Below, in pieces: positions 59,469 through 64,000 of a stretch of DNA of 64,000 nt (positions are counted from its first letter, which is position 1; each line of letters opens with the position of its first letter). The position numbers and the translations under genes were made by a program. The notes under the pieces were generated by a model that was not told where the DNA came from, searched no databases, and saw only the letters and a program-made list of their open reading frames with translations. The stretch lies in the NCBI GenBank assembly GCA_964188305.1, contig OZ076890.1; one strand, written 5' to 3'. Origin of the DNA: Podarcis bocagei. Lineage: Eukaryota.

Positions 59469-60765
59469 TACAACCCACTGATCTTGACCAGGCTCTGGCT
59501 AGGACAAAATCAACACCCATGGCATAACCTTCTCTCAGCTTGAAATGAGTATGAAATAGCTTCCCGTTTCCCTTTCCCTGAGGCACCTGCCAGGTGAGAA
59601 TCTCCCTTTTGTGCTCAAACTTATCTAGGGAGAAATAGATGGGACAATAACGGGAACCAAATATAGTCTAAGGTCCGACAGCCAGATCTGGACTGTTCCA
59701 AAAGCCTTGTAGTTCAGTCCAATTATAATGACTTTAAGCATTGCTTATGACACACACCAAGACATTTCACAAAGTAACTTTCAATTACTATTTATCACGT
59801 TAAAGCACTGCATAAATTAAAAACAACTTAAAATATTAAGCAGGCAAATGCCTGCAATCAACTAGGCTATTTGCGTTTGCATTAATACTCATCTGGTTAA
59901 TTTTGATATGGGATGAAAAGCAGCACAAATATATTTTGTGAAGGTATTACATCACCCTTTGTTTTGTCCATTAAATATTGCACATATATAGAAGGTTATT
60001 ATAAAATGCTGCTTCTTTCTTTGGCTCTTTACTTTTCATTTAACCTTTTTGTGCTTGCATTCTTGCCAAGTGCAGAAGTAGTGAATTACCTTATTAAGCT
60101 GCCTGCTTTTGAATAAAATTATTTTAAATTACATTTCTTTGCTTCAGAGACCAGGGCCTTTAGAAAAAAAAAACCTGTTAATATTAGCACATGAGGAACA
60201 TTCTTTTCGTATTGAATATACTGATATAAATTCATTTGTCCAGTGTTGTAAAAAGATTGAAGTTCTAGCCTCATTACTCCTGCCACTGACTGTGGTTGCC
60301 AAGTTGCTCTGCATGTTGCCAGTTCTGGGCTTGTCCACACTTACTCTTGTCCCGCTGCTTTCCCCAAGGGAAAAACTCCTCTTTACTGCTGCACTGGAGC
60401 AAAGGTCAATTGGATTTTCTGTGGATTGACGTTTGCTCTGATTCAGCTCTAAAGAGATGGTTCTCCCTGGGAAAGCAGCAGGGCAAATGGAAAACCATTT
60501 GGACCAGTGCCTAGAAAGCATGTGTTAAATGCTAACTAAGCACCAATTCTCACGAAGACTATGGCTGATCTCCTCTGGCTGAATGACAGAGTTTGCCTGA
60601 TTTCAGAAAACAGAGATTTCAGAAAAATGAACATCCATAATCTTTACCCCAAAATATTTTCTGGATCCTGCTGATTTGTATTATTTAGTGCCATAAAACA
60701 ATTCAGCTTTTAATATTAAAACAATATACCACTTTGTAGCCAATCACAATTGCCCATCAAATAAT

Positions 60766-60958
60766 AGTCAAAATTAAAAAATTCCTTCCAGTAGCACCTT
60801 AAAGACCAACTAAGTTAGTTCTTGGTATGAGCTTTCGTGTGCATGCACACGAAAGCTCATACCAAGAACTAACTTAGTTGGTCTTTAAGGTGCTACTGGA
60901 AGGAATTTTTTTATTTTGACTATGGCAGACCAACATGGCTACCTATCTGTAACTGAAA
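60766..60958 (+). mobile_element. Penelope-like element 3' end with inverted pseudo-LTR (near-perfect palindrome)
   Basis: Palindrome 60764-60923 centred on GTGTGCA|TGCACAC; unpaired tail GGCAGACCAACATGGCTACCTATCTGTAACTG; exact 12-bp TSD CCATCAAATAAT at 60754-60765 and 60959-60970. Confidence 0.85.
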
Positions 60959-61644
60959 CCATCAAATAATGTTAATTTGCTATTTAGCAATAATCATAAG
61001 GGAAGCAAAATGGCAGTTGTGCATTCAATAATTCTGAATTCTAGGGTCAGACTTCTGAGCTGAACTGAAGCACAAATGTAAACCAGCAGCTCTTTAGAAA
61101 TAGGGCAGAAATCAAAGCCAAAACAGATGCAGTTTTTGTTTGTTGTCAGAAAGGTACATGCAGATACAGGAAGTGAAGAAAAGACAGTACCCTTGAAACA
61201 ATAAACTGAAAGGAAACTGCACTTAATAATGATGCATCATTCCATATGCACATTTATATCTCTGAAGGACATGCACATTACAAAAGTGAGAGGGAGGCAA
61301 AAAGTGAGAGGGAAGCTCAAAAGGTCAGAACATTTTTTCCCTATTATTTGTCTCTGTATATCTAAACTGGAGTGAGTTCTCCTTACACTGGCCTCATGCC
61401 AGGTGCATAGTAATTTAGAAATAGAGTATACTCTGTGCCCACACTCTTCACCATCTCCTTATGGCTTTCAGTGGGCCACTTAATCAACTGCAACAAGCTT
61501 CAATTCATTAGCGGCCAGCACAGTGAACAGTAGGTTTATGGTGTACATTTAGAAAGATCCAGGCTCATTTCCCAGCTAGGTGATCCCAAAGCATGAAACA
61601 TGATGGTAATATAATTATCTTAAAAGATTATTAAAGAAACCAAA

Positions 61645-61850
61645 TGTAGCTAAGAGCAAGAGCTGCAAGCCAGAAAGTCTCAAGCTGAAATCTTACTCCA
61701 GCCATGAGCACACCAGGCAAGTCATTCTCTCTCATCCTGAAGCTGCAATATGGGAACAATAATAGAGACTAACTTTTAATGTCTCTTCTAAGGATTACAG
61801 ATAATTTTCATGAAGCACTTTGAACACCTAAAAAAATCACCATATAAATG
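61645..61850 (+). mobile_element. Ancient MIR/CORE-SINE-like element
   Basis: GTAGCTAAGAGCA...AATCTTACTCCAGCCA...GGCAAGTCA.TCTCTCTC...CTGCAATATGGGAACAATAAT...AAGGATTA...TGAAGCACTTTGAACAC. Confidence 0.55.
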
Positions 61851-62990
61851 TTCTGTATTCTTAAATCCAAACCTGTTTTTTTAAAAAAAATCTCATGCAA
61901 TTTATACCACATTTCTTGCATTAGTAACTACATGTTCCTGTTGGGGCCGCAACTGTTTTACGAGCTTATGCTCCCTAGACAGCAGTTTAATTTATAAACT
62001 TTAACGGGTAATACTGTTTTACCTGACTTCTGTGCAGTGTTGAACAATTGGATGTGGGACAGGTGAAATGGGATAGTTAAATCTGTGACTGCATGTATTT
62101 TTATTGAGGAGGGAGTTGATTTTTTTGTACTGTTGTTAATCAGCGCAAATAGCAAACAATTGTTGGCATCCATTTGTCTCAGGAAATATTGAAGGACTGC
62201 ACTTTTTGGGGTTGAGGGGTGGGGGTAAAGTCAAACCATTGGTGAGTTACAGCATCTGCTGTGGCTGTAGAGACCAATATGGGAGACACATGCTTATCAA
62301 CATTAAAAGTTGATGCAGTGGTATGCTTGCATGGGCATTACTAGATCAAATCCTTACTTGGGAACAAAAACTAAAGAGTAAGTTAAGTCTGGACACGTTT
62401 GTGAGGCTTCAGTCACTTAATCAAGACCACTTTGATCAATCACTCAATCCTAAAGAACAGCAGTCGCTCCCTTCAGTGACCAAACGAATCACTTCAATGA
62501 CACATCTGCGCTCTTCGGCTCTGATAAAAGGAGACTTCACCTTGCTTCAAAAGCCAGGTCTGACACAATCTAAGATGGAAAAACTAACCTGACACCACCT
62601 GATCACTCCAAACTGCAAAGAACAGGCATAAGCAGTGACAGCACACAATCTATAGTACATGGCAGGTTTTTTTAGGTCATTGGATAGTTGCCCATTTAGA
62701 GCAGAAGAAAATGAAAATTAATAGCTCTGCTGGGTTTTCAAAAAATGAAATAAAGCCAAGAAATGATGTTTACAATAGAAGATACTGCGGCACACAAACA
62801 TAAACATCTTTAACGGGTATTCTAAATGAAATGTATTTTCCCAGGCTTCCTAGACGAAAATTTGAAGATCACATTCTTTTCTCTGAAATAAATCCATAAT
62901 TACTGCCAGAACCTGGCTCTCTGTCACCAATTATTTTTTAGACAAGCAATAGTACTGATCCAGCTGTTGAAACCTTTAGAACTTAAATTA

Positions 62991-63517
62991 CCGTATTTTT
63001 CGCCCTATAGGACGCACTTTTTCCCCTCCAAAAAGGAAAGGGAAATATGTGTGCGTCCTATGGGGCGAATACAGGCTTTCACTGAAGTCTAGAGAGCGAG
63101 AGGAGTCGTGCGCACCGACCCCTCTCGCTCTCCAGGCTTCAGGAAGCTCTGCGCTCCAGGGCTTCGCGCAGCTCCGCGCAACCCTCCGGAGCCTGGCGCA
63201 AAGCCGCACCAGACTCCCAAGGGTTGCGCGGAGCTGCCTGCGCTCCAGGGCTTCCTGGAGAGCTGCCTGCATTCCGAAGCCTGGGGCGCGCTGAAGAGCT
63301 TCGCGCAGCTCTCCCGGGCTTCACGCAGCTCTCCGCAAGCCTGGGGAGACCGGCGCGGCTCCCTAGGCTTGTGGATAGCAGGCTGTTCTGGGGGCTGGGG
63401 GCGGGGGAAACTCAGGCTTCCCCTGCGCCAGCCCCATGCCTGGGGAAAAAAAATATTCCCCCCCCCTTTATTTCCCCCCCAAAAAACTAGGTGCGTCCTA
63501 TGGGGCGAAAAATACGG
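62991..63517. mobile_element. Tc2-like MITE with GC-rich interior, 527 bp (opposite orientation to 44423-46644)
   Basis: TA|CCGTATTTTTCGCCCTATAGGACGCAC ... GTGCGTCCTATGGGGCGAAAAATACGG|TA (26/27 TIR match). Confidence 0.93.
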
Positions 63518-64000
63518 TAGTTGTTATGATTAATCTGTCCCAATGATCTCAATGGGATTTATTTGCAACTTCCTTTAGCTAGACTATGGCCTTTGACGAC
63601 TAGCTTGCAAGTCTATCCTTTGTCCCCACAATCTCTTACAGTGCCCAGTGCAGATGACCAATCAGGAAATATATCAACATTCAAGCAGACACCACTCATC
63701 AACCACCACATTTTGATCAGGCTTCTGCACAGAGTCTACAGACATACAAGTTGTATACATACAGGCTCTCTCTGCAATAAAAAGTATCAGTTAAGTAGGT
63801 AGGGCTCTTTTGTACATTGCTGGCCACTTTTAAAGCTCAGCTTACACTCATGGTTAGGACCAATGAAGTCCTACAATTTGAACCTAGGATGGAACTCAGA
63901 CAAACTAAGAACAGAGTGGTTGGAGAATCAACCTCCCCTAAAAGAAACCCAGAATTATTTCTTTGGAGATGGAGCTTAAGAACTATTGAAAACAGCCATC

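Noticed and set aside
60109-60521. Overlapping 106-aa and 125-aa ORFs
   Set aside because: No recognisable domain or convincing splice sites; consistent with chance.

Overview
Eukaryotic, AT-rich, repeat-dense non-coding DNA, almost certainly squamate and probably a lacertid lizard (inferred from Sauria-type SINEs, tRNA/CR1-tail SINEs and Penelope pseudo-LTR ends). I cannot support any host protein-coding gene, intact tRNA/rRNA or CRISPR array; most listed ORFs are repeat-derived or chance. The window is a mosaic of mobile elements, many delimited exactly by TIRs and target-site duplications (TSDs): Tigger/pogo-like and Tc2-like MITEs (TA TSD), hAT MITEs (8-bp TSD), SINEs, L2/CR1/RTE fragments, a solo LTR and two Penelope ends. 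The most unusual region is 36.2-46.9 kb. It holds (i) two adjacent non-autonomous hAT elements carrying different CpG-island/promoter-like cargo, one of them a 4-kb composite with a second internal left end and an exact outer TSD; (ii) inside that, a 1.8-kb apparently full-length, single-ORF L1-like retroposon lacking ORF2 (HAL1-like); (iii) a Tc2-like element nested in the TIR of an older relative, carrying seven copies of a 157-bp unit that each form a ~110-bp hairpin. Family names come from motif recognition, not database searches.
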